From: a virus
Taxonomy: Duplodnaviria; Caudoviricetes
Length of the DNA: 32,721 nucleotides
Virus record (IMG/VR): IMGVR_UViG_3300020161_001035
Coordinates: 1-32,721 of that record
Direction: 5' to 3' (one strand)
Shown one piece after another: positions 24,461 to 32,721 of this stretch. The notes below the pieces were generated by a model. The model ran no database searches and was not told the DNA's origin. It worked only from the letters and a program-made list of their open reading frames with translations. Every line of letters starts with the position of its first letter. The stretch's first letter is position 1. Position numbers and translations under genes: made by a program.

Positions 24461-24468
24461 TATTTATT
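24461..24468 (-). promoter_or_regulatory. Late promoter variant AATAAATA
   Basis: Overlaps the stop codon of the upstream gene. Confidence 0.55.
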
Positions 24469-25006
24469 AAACTGTATCGCTCCACCACTCCGGAATAGGA
24501 CGATTTTTCCACTTTGCCATAGTTTTTTTCGCACCGATATAATAGTTACGATACGAAACAATTGAGCAAGGATCTTTGTATTCATCAGGCATAGCAGGAG
24601 TTGGTTGCGTAAAATAACCAACAGGAATATTAGCAGGAGGTTTGCGCAACCAATATACTAAGCGATCAGTTGCATGAATCTTACCATAGCGATGTGTATA
24701 TTCCTGTAAAAGATCTTGTAGTAAACACATCAACCAATTGTAATTATTATTAGATTGTCGAACCCAAATAGCACTGGGATGGTTAATATGTGATGCCTTG
24801 TAAAGTATATTTTCCATACTCTCATTGTTGAGACGCCAACGTTTAATTCGTCGCCCCGAAGAGGCATCAATGTATTCGTCACCATCAAGCATACGATGTG
24901 CTGTTGACAGTAATTGGGCATACTCTAAAATCATTTTAACAACGTGCTTATCATTGTGATATGTAGCACAAGTTTTGACGTCACGGTCAAGGTAAAAAAT
25001 ATTCAT
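24467..25006 (-). CDS. Pyrimidine-dimer DNA glycosylase / endonuclease V-like protein
   Basis: MNIFYLD, HNDKHVVKMILEYAQLLSTAHR, YKASHINHPSAIW, EYTHRYGKIH, PAMPDEYK, YRNYY. Confidence 0.8.
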   Translation of the reverse strand: MNIFYLDRDVKTCATYHNDKHVVKMILEYAQLLSTAHRMLDGDEYIDASSGRRIKRWRLNNESMENILYKASHINHPSAIWVRQSNNNYNWLMCLLQDLLQEYTHRYGKIHATDRLVYWLRKPPANIPVGYFTQPTPAMPDEYKDPCSIVSYRNYYIGAKKTMAKWKNRPIPEWWSDTV

Positions 25007-25012
25007 AATATA

Positions 25013-25297
25013 TTAGTTCTCAAGTTTAAAGGGAATTTCCTCAATTGACTTACGAATACATTCAATATACGCTTTCGTAGTATTAGAAATATACTCTGAT
25101 TCAAGCGAAAAGTCAATACATTTTATAACATCGACTGGATCCATTTTGATCAGATCGTCGATAATTACACGATTATCTGTTTCGCCAAATGCATTAACGC
25201 AGAATAAAACAATATCGATGTCCATATCCGAATACAACGGTATTCGGTATAACCGTTTCCCATAGAACCTATCAGGAAATTTGAATATCTCTGCCAT
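25013..25297 (-). CDS. Hypothetical protein, 94 aa
   Basis: Fills the gap on the coding strand; preceded by AATAAATA-N5-ATG; no motif recognised. Confidence 0.7.
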   Translation of the reverse strand: MAEIFKFPDRFYGKRLYRIPLYSDMDIDIVLFCVNAFGETDNRVIIDDLIKMDPVDVIKCIDFSLESEYISNTTKAYIECIRKSIEEIPFKLEN

Positions 25298-25302
25298 AGA
25301 TC

Positions 25303-25310
25303 TATTTATT
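25303..25310 (-). promoter_or_regulatory. Late promoter variant AATAAATA
   Basis: 5 nt before ATG 25297; overlaps the carbamoyltransferase stop. Confidence 0.6.
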
Positions 25311-26733
25311 AAAATACTTTCACTTTATAGATGTTTTGGAACATAGCAGCATCTTTTTCGTCATTTACCATGGGAAATCCCTTGATGTTAAGACTGGTGT
25401 TCAGTAACATCGGACAACCTGTTTCTTCATACCACCGTATCAACAATTCAAACAATCCTGGATGCTGTTGTCTGTTTACAGTTTGGACGCGAGATGTGCC
25501 ATCAGTGTGAATGATAGCAGGGAACTTTGTAGGAAATTTGCATCTTGCAGTAAACTGCATGTAAGGGGATACTTCAACTGGCATGTCAAAATACTCTGCT
25601 GCATGTTGCTCAAGGATGACTGGTGCGAATGGTCTAAACTTTTGTCTGCGCTTGATTGCATTTACTCTGTCCTTAATGTCTGGTCTAGATGGATCAGCGA
25701 GGAGACTTCGGTTACCAAATGCTCTCGGACCAAACTCTGCTCTTCCACTAGCAACTCCAACTATACCCTCATTACGCAAAGAAGTCAATAGATTTTCTAC
25801 AGGATATTCAGTATCAATATTCTCACCGAGATATGGACCTTGCCAGTTTAGTTTCTCACGATTATTTGCAGCAATAGCACCAAGGGAACTACCAGCATCT
25901 CCTGGATTCGGAATGATCCAAACATTCTTGAAGTATTTCAATGCGATATGATTTGCGGAGCAGTTAAGTGCGCAACCCCCTGATAATACTAGATTATTTT
26001 GTAAAGGGTCTTTCATCTTTGCGCGAATGAGTAGTTTATCGAATTCTTCTTCATAAATCTTCTGTGCGGATGCAGCAAGGTCATAGTGATCAGGATCTTC
26101 TTCTTTCATCCACCACTTACACCCACGATGTAAATTTACTCGCTCGTAGAGTTCGCGCATATCCCAATAATGCTTGACAGGATTACCATACGCTGCCATA
26201 CCCATTAGGATATACTCATCTTCGTTTGGTTTCAATCCAACTCTGTCTGTTATAGCGGAATAAAATAATCCAAGAGATTTTGGATAATCCATACTCCACT
26301 TCTTCTTCATCTTCTCACCTTCGCACAACCAAATAGATGCCGTGTCGAATTCGCCGATAGCATCGATTACAAGAGCAGTTGCCGAATCGAAAGTAGAAGT
26401 ATAGAAACCTGCTGCGGCATGCGACTCGTGGTGTGAAGCAAATTCGACTGGAACTTCGAGACCGAATTCTTTTAGATATTGCCTTACGCTAAAGCGAACA
26501 ATTCCTTGTCCCGAAAGTAGTCTGCGCATTCCTCGAAGTTTTGGTTTTTCATACCAATGTATTTTTTCTGGTTTACCAAACTTCAGCGCTGCATCGATCA
26601 GATCAGCATTCAGGTGCTTGTCATTTTTAATTCCGCTGTAACGTTCTGCGTGTGAGGCAAATAGAATCTGCTCGCCGTCGACAACAGTTAACGCAGCATC
26701 ATGCGCTGCAGCGGATATACCCCACTCAATCAT
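25309..26733 (-). CDS. O-carbamoyltransferase (NodU/CmcH/TobZ family)
   Basis: HDAA, ERYS, HHESHAA, IDAIGE, SLGLFYS, MGMAAYG, GGCALN, GDAG, EFGPRAFGNRSLLADP, FRPFAP, HTDGTSRVQTV, LNTSLN. Confidence 0.96.
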   Translation of the reverse strand: MIEWGISAAAHDAALTVVDGEQILFASHAERYSGIKNDKHLNADLIDAALKFGKPEKIHWYEKPKLRGMRRLLSGQGIVRFSVRQYLKEFGLEVPVEFASHHESHAAAGFYTSTFDSATALVIDAIGEFDTASIWLCEGEKMKKKWSMDYPKSLGLFYSAITDRVGLKPNEDEYILMGMAAYGNPVKHYWDMRELYERVNLHRGCKWWMKEEDPDHYDLAASAQKIYEEEFDKLLIRAKMKDPLQNNLVLSGGCALNCSANHIALKYFKNVWIIPNPGDAGSSLGAIAANNREKLNWQGPYLGENIDTEYPVENLLTSLRNEGIVGVASGRAEFGPRAFGNRSLLADPSRPDIKDRVNAIKRRQKFRPFAPVILEQHAAEYFDMPVEVSPYMQFTARCKFPTKFPAIIHTDGTSRVQTVNRQQHPGLFELLIRWYEETGCPMLLNTSLNIKGFPMVNDEKDAAMFQNIYKVKVF

Positions 26734-27523
26734 TTAAACGATCAATCCATTCAGCAACTAACTTAGCGAATTCTTTATGATATTTTACCTTTGGATGCCC
26801 ATACCCATGCGTTGCCTCTTCTTTTGGAAGATGCGCATATATCTGCCCCATACCATATTTTGGGTTCAAAATAAACGGATATTGGAACCCATCTATAGTT
26901 TTGGAAAAATCTTCCGAGAACTTAACGTTTTCGTTTCTAGTAGTAAATGTACTTTCTGCAGAGAATGGTGTTATTGCATTGATAGCAAATATATTTTTTC
27001 TCTTATCTGCCAACATTTGCAAATAATTTAGATAAACATGGTAATTCCAAATTATGTTTTGTGAAGTAACATAATGTTCCACTAAACTTTCGTTGAGTTG
27101 TGGCATTCCGCACATTTCACTACTAAATACCCAAGATAACTCATGACCTTTGTTTGAAAACTGGAACCAACGATACATGGAAGTCAACCCAACTATTACG
27201 AGATCATCTTCGTGAGTTATTCCGTTATAGTAGTCTCGTTCTATACGATATACCATTTGTTGTAAAGAACCACCACCCTTTGCACGATTGCTGTATGGAA
27301 CATTATATTGATCAGCTAACCATCTTGCCCATGTTAATGTTTTTCCCACACGAATACACTCATGATGCAACTTTCCATATAATTCTTCTCGAGGCATTTC
27401 ACTGCGCTTCAACAAATCTACCTCATCCTCGGTCATACCGAGAACTACTGCGTCTGCCAATTCATCACCTGCAGTAAAACTGCAACCATATACAACCAAT
27501 CGTTTGTATTTACCATTAATCAT
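26726..27523 (-). CDS. SGNH-hydrolase-like protein (GCS variant)
   Basis: LVVYGCSFTAG, TWARWLA, NRAKGGGS, DLVIVGLTS..RW, GHP...H. Confidence 0.7.
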   Translation of the reverse strand: MINGKYKRLVVYGCSFTAGDELADAVVLGMTEDEVDLLKRSEMPREELYGKLHHECIRVGKTLTWARWLADQYNVPYSNRAKGGGSLQQMVYRIERDYYNGITHEDDLVIVGLTSMYRWFQFSNKGHELSWVFSSEMCGMPQLNESLVEHYVTSQNIIWNYHVYLNYLQMLADKRKNIFAINAITPFSAESTFTTRNENVKFSEDFSKTIDGFQYPFILNPKYGMGQIYAHLPKEEATHGYGHPKVKYHKEFAKLVAEWIDRLND

Positions 27524-27626
27524 AGATGAATGGATCCATCTCGCGAATTTTTTTAAGTTTTTTCTCGAGTTTTCTTTTTTGATTCCATTTACGGAAACGC
27601 AGAAGAAGATTATTTAGGATCGGCAT
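27516..27626 (-). CDS. Small basic peptide, 36 aa, ending DPFIYD
   Basis: Not in the track. MPILNNLLLRFRKWNQKRKLEKKLKKIREMDPFIYD; SD GGAG upstream; overlaps both neighbours. Confidence 0.8.
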   Translation of the reverse strand: MPILNNLLLRFRKWNQKRKLEKKLKKIREMDPFIYD

Positions 27627-28774
27627 AAAATTTCTCCATATTCCGGAAATGTTTCGAAAAAGTTTTGTGATCTATAATTATCGTGCAACTTTACTTTATG
27701 GATAAACTGATTTTGCTTATCGTTGTTTGAAGTCCACAAATAATTTATAACTGTTGACAAGTCAGGATTAAGATGCAAATACTTGGATAATTTAGCATCT
27801 ATTTCTTTTTTAGTGTTGTGTGCAAGATTGCAAATTGAATACACATCTGGATGATACACAATATTTAACCAGACTGGAATGTCGAGTTCGGAGAAAACCA
27901 ACAAATATTCAGGAAGATAGAAAACGTTGTGAGAACTTACACTAAGGCAAATCTCAATTCTTCCGTTAAAGTGTTCTTTAAATTTATGTATATTCTCTAA
28001 AACAGAATCCCACTTTGCAGGATACCGCTGATATTCAAACTGATCACCAACTCCATCGATACTCAACATAATATCGACTTCTTTAAATTGTGGCCAAATA
28101 TTATTAACCGCATCTTCGGGATATATCGTTCCATTTGTATTGTAATGGATTCGTTGATTTTTAGAATAACCCAGATCGATACTTTTTCTTAAAACATCAT
28201 AATGCCGTTCGATTAGAAATGGTTCGCCACCATAAATCTCGAACATCTCCACGTCAGGTAAAATTTTATCAAGGTCATCCCAAAATTCTGGATTATGTTG
28301 CGGCCATTGCATAATAGTCTTACGATCTTTACCGAATTTCAAAGCAATATCAGATACAATATCGGATCCATATATGTCTTTATGTTCTTTGATCCAATTA
28401 CTAGAACTTCCTGGACTACAAATTCTACACTTGAGGTTACAAGTGTTCCCCAGTTTCAAATCGACAAATTTTAAATTCGGAGTAGGATCTGTTCCCCATC
28501 TTTTATTTTCACGGATTCGTTTGCTCTCTTTACCAAGAGTTTCTTCTTGCCAGCAAGCAGAACATGCAGTAGGTTTATTACCAGAGAGTAATTCTTCTCG
28601 TAGTTGTTTAATATTATTGGAATTCCAAACTTCAGATAACGTATCGCGACTTAAAGTAAAGAACTCTCCATTATCTTTACGATAAAATTCTTGACTCATA
28701 CAACATGGTGCAACGTAACTATCCGATCGCGCCTCCAGATGTATGAACGGTAAAATACAAAATGTTTCACTCAT
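27614..28774 (-). CDS. Radical SAM protein with an N-terminal Twitch/SPASM-like domain
   Basis: FCILPFIH...PCC...CSAC, then CNLKCRIC and GGEP. Confidence 0.92.
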   Translation of the reverse strand: MSETFCILPFIHLEARSDSYVAPCCMSQEFYRKDNGEFFTLSRDTLSEVWNSNNIKQLREELLSGNKPTACSACWQEETLGKESKRIRENKRWGTDPTPNLKFVDLKLGNTCNLKCRICSPGSSSNWIKEHKDIYGSDIVSDIALKFGKDRKTIMQWPQHNPEFWDDLDKILPDVEMFEIYGGEPFLIERHYDVLRKSIDLGYSKNQRIHYNTNGTIYPEDAVNNIWPQFKEVDIMLSIDGVGDQFEYQRYPAKWDSVLENIHKFKEHFNGRIEICLSVSSHNVFYLPEYLLVFSELDIPVWLNIVYHPDVYSICNLAHNTKKEIDAKLSKYLHLNPDLSTVINYLWTSNNDKQNQFIHKVKLHDNYRSQNFFETFPEYGEILCRS

Positions 28775-29984
28775 CGAACAAAAACTTTAATTCCGGAAAG
28801 GTCTCGACGAAAGATTCAGATCTAAGTCTATCCATTCTGGTAGTTAACTGTTTGAATTGCGGAAGATTGTTTGGTTCTTCTTCGTTTGTGATATAATTAA
28901 TTGCAAGTTGCCATCTATCTCGCATAATACTACCACACAAATTTTTTGACACCAGATAATCTAATTTTTGCTTATATTTTTCAGCAATTTGTAATCTATA
29001 CTCGATCGGAATGCAAGATGGTTTATACCAGACAGGATTTGTTAAAATATTAATATTCAATCCATCGGCATGAATGAATTTATTATTCACCATATAATCG
29101 TAGTACTCGACCAATGTTGCAAAATTGAATATACTCAACGTCAAACCAATGTCGAGACGAACATGTGGACAATGTTCTTGAACTTCCATAAAGTTTTGCT
29201 CAACAATATCCCAACGTAAATCCTTCCGCATATATTCTGCGCGAGAACCCCATGAATCTAACGAAGCACAAACAGTTACGTCCTTAAAATGTTTCCAGTA
29301 ATCTAATACTTTTTTATCTTTATATTTTAGGGAAGTAAAATTGGTGTTGTATAATAAAGCAACATCTGTTCTTCCGTTTTCCAATAACATATCTAATAAT
29401 CTATAGTGTTCTTCCATAATAAGAGGTTCTCCACCAGCAAAATAGACTCTTTCTATGGTGGGGAAAATTTCATCAATCTGATCCCAGAAAATTGTTGGAT
29501 TGATATCTGGTTTGATGACCTTCGCATATTTTGCAGCAGTAGAAGGATTTAGTTTCGCATGATCAGATGCCCACTTACTACTAAGATCTGGACCACATGT
29601 TCGGCAACGAAGATTACAGAAATTGCTAAAACGAAAGTCGACATATGGCATGTTCAGACGATCCAAACTTCCATCTGGATTCGTTTCCTGTAATATGTCA
29701 ATGTGATGTTCAAATATTATATTGTGGTCTATTCGTAAACTACGACCACCATTTTCTTCGATTTCATAACAACGAGTGCATTCAGGAACATGTTTGTCTT
29801 GCAACATTAACAATCTATTGGTTTTCATCTGCTCGGAATTCCAAAGATCTTTCAGTGTTGTTTTATCTGTCATCACTCCTATTGGTTTGTTTGGATCAGC
29901 ACCGCAGCACATGTATGCATTACCATTCGGCCAAGTATGCATGTGCGTCCATGGTATTAAACAAAAATGTTTACTGTCCTTCAT
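28767..29984 (-). CDS. Radical SAM protein with an N-terminal Twitch/SPASM-like domain
   Basis: FCLIPWTH...MCC...CTRC, then CNLRCRTC and GGEP. Confidence 0.92.
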   Translation of the reverse strand: MKDSKHFCLIPWTHMHTWPNGNAYMCCGADPNKPIGVMTDKTTLKDLWNSEQMKTNRLLMLQDKHVPECTRCYEIEENGGRSLRIDHNIIFEHHIDILQETNPDGSLDRLNMPYVDFRFSNFCNLRCRTCGPDLSSKWASDHAKLNPSTAAKYAKVIKPDINPTIFWDQIDEIFPTIERVYFAGGEPLIMEEHYRLLDMLLENGRTDVALLYNTNFTSLKYKDKKVLDYWKHFKDVTVCASLDSWGSRAEYMRKDLRWDIVEQNFMEVQEHCPHVRLDIGLTLSIFNFATLVEYYDYMVNNKFIHADGLNINILTNPVWYKPSCIPIEYRLQIAEKYKQKLDYLVSKNLCGSIMRDRWQLAINYITNEEEPNNLPQFKQLTTRMDRLRSESFVETFPELKFLFDE

Positions 29985-31173
29985 AGTTTATCGCCGCTGC
30001 TAGTTCTGGGAATGTGTCCGAAAATTTTGTTTTGCGCATAAGATCAAGTTTTCTGTTATACGAAATAAATTGTTTAAATTTACTTTCGTCCCTTGGTTTT
30101 GATAATGTTTGCGCGATATTATTACGCATATACTCTGGCATATTTTGGCATCTAGAAATAATTTCCTGTTTTACGTCATCTGGTAAATGCCAAGGACTTA
30201 AATACTCTGGATCGTAGCACCAATTATGGTGAATTTTGTCACCAGTTTTACTGAAATATTCATAAAATTTATCAACATAAAAAATATTATATGCGCTCAA
30301 TGTTTGACAGATACTCAAATCTATCCAGTCAGTGGAACGTAAGATAGAAAGATTTAATAGATTAACATCCCACTCGCTTCCCGATCTAATATATTCATTT
30401 CTATCTCGAAGATCGTCGATACTAGCAGTAACTGCAATAGATTTAAAACTTCTCCACATAGTAAGTAAATTAGGCGGTAATTTTGTAACATTAATATTAT
30501 ACCACAGGTCGATGTCTTTTGCTCTATCCATTTCAATCAAACTGTAGAGAAAACTGAAGTGCTTTTCTACTAATGTCGGTTCACCACCATTGACATATAT
30601 TCGTTTTAAATTTTCGCTGTTATGAAGGAGTTCTCCCCAGAAAGAATCTTTCTCAAACCAAACACCATCTTCCACAGCAGAATAATCAGTAACAAAATCT
30701 AAATCTTTTTGTAATACGGAATACTCTTTCTTCCATTTACTGCTGGAAACTGGATTGCAAGTTCGACACTTCAAATTACAGATATTACCAAGACGCAATT
30801 CAACAAACTGAAAGTCCATATCCACAATCGTACCATCATCCAGAAGATTTTCAATTACAGGCATGGAAGATTCTAGATAGCGACCGTTTTCTTCTTGGCG
30901 CTTGCTTTTAATACCCACACGCTCTTCATCATAACATCTTTTACATGCTGAAGGTTCTTTTCCGTCAAGCATCTCCAATCTAACTTCTTTATACGTGTCA
31001 CTATTAATCATTTCGCGAATAGAAAGGTCGTTCAAAGAAATTGCTTGACCTCCACGTTTTGCGTGACTTGCACAATTCTTGTGTTCGCTTATACAGCAAA
31101 AACTAGTATGCCCATCTGGGTGTGTTGCTAGATGTGTGAATGGTAAAACACAAACTTTAGATAAATTTGTCAA
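29971..31173 (-). CDS. Radical SAM protein with an N-terminal Twitch/SPASM-like domain
   Basis: VCVLPFTH...FCC...CKRC, then CNLKCRTC and GGEP. Confidence 0.92.
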   Translation of the reverse strand: MTNLSKVCVLPFTHLATHPDGHTSFCCISEHKNCASHAKRGGQAISLNDLSIREMINSDTYKEVRLEMLDGKEPSACKRCYDEERVGIKSKRQEENGRYLESSMPVIENLLDDGTIVDMDFQFVELRLGNICNLKCRTCNPVSSSKWKKEYSVLQKDLDFVTDYSAVEDGVWFEKDSFWGELLHNSENLKRIYVNGGEPTLVEKHFSFLYSLIEMDRAKDIDLWYNINVTKLPPNLLTMWRSFKSIAVTASIDDLRDRNEYIRSGSEWDVNLLNLSILRSTDWIDLSICQTLSAYNIFYVDKFYEYFSKTGDKIHHNWCYDPEYLSPWHLPDDVKQEIISRCQNMPEYMRNNIAQTLSKPRDESKFKQFISYNRKLDLMRKTKFSDTFPELAAAINYEGQ

Positions 31174-32389
31174 AACTATCCTCCATCCACGGGTACACTC
31201 TTCTCCAACTTTGTCCCCTTCGCTGGTCTAATCTGTTTAAGTAGTTTTTAAGACGTTGTAATTTTTCAGAGTCGGGTTCGGTCGAAATGATCATGTTACC
31301 AAATCCAGCAATATATGCTGCCGCATCTTTCCATGGACTGTTGGCGAGAGAATCATTTAACTTATCTATAAACGGTTTTAATTCAGAACCGAAAATAGCA
31401 GGATCCATAAATGATGGTACAGCAACTATATTCGCTCCATAATTAATATTTTTGATCTTAGACCATTCTACAAGTTTATCAACAAAAACATATGCTGTAG
31501 GTAAAGTCACAGAAGACAGTGTTGCTTGTATATCAATTCGAACATTCTTTGTGCCCAATAGAATGTTAAAGTTTTCTTCCCAATTCTCTAGACTCATCCC
31601 ATGACGAGCAAATTCTGCCTCTTCACCCCAGCAATCCATACTACAAACAATACCAAAAGATTTCAATTTACCAGATTCTACCAGTTTATCTATTTTTTGA
31701 ATCTTTTCTACAAATTTATGGGAAGGATGTTTTAGATTCGAAAAGATCTTCCAATTTAAATTTGGATGACTCGTTCTCTCGAAATACTCAAGGCATTCTT
31801 CAAACTCAGGTTGATACAAAGGTTCTCCGCCGAGAATTTGGAAGTCATATAATTCAGTTGAGTGTTCTTCCATCCATTCCCAAAATTTATCTTTCAGTTC
31901 TAGGTAATTTTCTTTTGGTTTAAATGACCCCTCTAAATCATATTCAGTTTCAAGTGGTCCATACTTTTTAATTTCCTGTTCGATTACTGAACTGAACAAT
32001 GGACTGCAATAAACACACGCTTGATTGCATAGATTGGTAAAATATACCTCTAGTATTCTTGGTGTTACTTTGGTGGCGAATGGATTATCTTCGAGTTCTG
32101 GTGGGCAATAGTCAGCATCATTAATATACGCTGTTCGTTCGCTGTTACCACCAGCGTCTTCGATTCGTTTACAATATTCACAACCATTACCAGGCCATTG
32201 CCCATCGAGCATCTTTTCTCGATCTTGGACCTTTCCTGGATGATTGTGGAAATCTTTGAAATCTATTTCATTTAATTCCCAGTTTTTACATCTGTGACAA
32301 CTGGATGTTGTACCTTTCGAAAGAAAAATGGTGCTCCAAGTCCACTTAAATTGGCAAGCAGTATCAGTTTTAATCGGAAACTTAGTCAT
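31157..32389 (-). CDS. Radical SAM protein with a divergent N-terminal Twitch-like domain
   Basis: ACQFKWTW...SCHRC...CEYC, then CNQACVYC and GGEP. Confidence 0.9.
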   Translation of the reverse strand: MTKFPIKTDTACQFKWTWSTIFLSKGTTSSCHRCKNWELNEIDFKDFHNHPGKVQDREKMLDGQWPGNGCEYCKRIEDAGGNSERTAYINDADYCPPELEDNPFATKVTPRILEVYFTNLCNQACVYCSPLFSSVIEQEIKKYGPLETEYDLEGSFKPKENYLELKDKFWEWMEEHSTELYDFQILGGEPLYQPEFEECLEYFERTSHPNLNWKIFSNLKHPSHKFVEKIQKIDKLVESGKLKSFGIVCSMDCWGEEAEFARHGMSLENWEENFNILLGTKNVRIDIQATLSSVTLPTAYVFVDKLVEWSKIKNINYGANIVAVPSFMDPAIFGSELKPFIDKLNDSLANSPWKDAAAYIAGFGNMIISTEPDSEKLQRLKNYLNRLDQRRGQSWRRVYPWMEDSFDKFI

Positions 32390-32721
32390 GTCTTGTCCAC
32401 CAATCGTATAATTCGGGATCTTCAGAATATATAGTTCTCAAATTAAGATTAGAATCATTTCTTATATGATCAAGAATCTTTTGATAATTCGATCCATTTT
32501 TAAATGCTTGTTCTGCCTCATCGGGCCATTGTTCTTGGAATGTTGGTCTATTCTTCATTTCTTGTAATGTTTTGATTAGCGTAATTTGCTTATTAGTACC
32601 TCTTGGAATCATATACTCCAACAGAGAATCAATATGACGATCGAGAATATGTCGAGGCCAAGCAAACGGACTGAATACAATATCTGCATGAAATGCAAAC
32701 ATAATTTTAGTTTCAATACGA
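32382..32721 (-). CDS. C-terminal part of a gene entering from the right edge; probably a fifth radical SAM paralog
   Basis: The frame is open to the window edge (RIETKIMFAF...); its ending LDHIRND...DPEL resembles the LD..R...PEL endings of the neighbours; no catalytic motif is visible in the window. Confidence 0.55.
   Translation of the reverse strand, partial: RIETKIMFAFHADIVFSPFAWPRHILDRHIDSLLEYMIPRGTNKQITLIKTLQEMKNRPTFQEQWPDEAEQAFKNGSNYQKILDHIRNDSNLNLRTIYSEDPELYDWWTRHD

Noticed and set aside
25462-30547. Plus-strand ORFs across the carbamoyltransferase and radical SAM genes
   Set aside because: Antisense to well-supported genes, with no recognisable motifs.
1-32721. Introns, inteins or homing endonucleases
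   Set aside because: Core genes appear full length, and I saw no LAGLIDADG, GIY-YIG, HNH or intein splice motifs by eye.

Overview
Segment of an AT-rich T4-like myophage genome, read with the standard genetic code. Positions 1-19.6 kb are a baseplate/tail module: gp7 (partial), gp6, gp25, a gp5 split into two genes, a gp27-like hub, gp53 and gp48 on the minus strand, then gp4, a small basic protein, gp2, a gp54-like protein, gp26/gp51 and a probable tape-measure protein on the plus strand. Positions 19.6-25.3 kb (minus strand) hold gp32, gp59, gp33, a SleB-type hydrolase, a tmRNA gene, an exonuclease, PhoH and a pyrimidine-dimer glycosylase-like gene. Positions 25.3-32.7 kb hold a tightly overlapped tailoring operon: a carbamoyltransferase, an SGNH-like protein, a 36-aa peptide and at least four (probably five) radical SAM paralogs with an N-terminal Twitch/SPASM-like domain. 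Highlights: (1) a phage-borne circularly permuted two-piece tmRNA (tag ANDNVAFALAA, 5-nt intervening segment), suggesting an alphaproteobacterial host; (2) the radical SAM/carbamoyltransferase operon of unknown product; (3) a candidate -1 frameshift fusing gp26 to gp51; (4) an unrecognised ~60-aa module shared by gp5 (three copies) and the tape-measure protein; (5) late-promoter-N5-ATG starts, two of which open mini-ORFs beside terminator-like hairpins; (6) GH19, M15 peptidase and SGNH domains fused to baseplate proteins. All family calls come from motif recognition by eye; no searches were run, so novelty is unverified.
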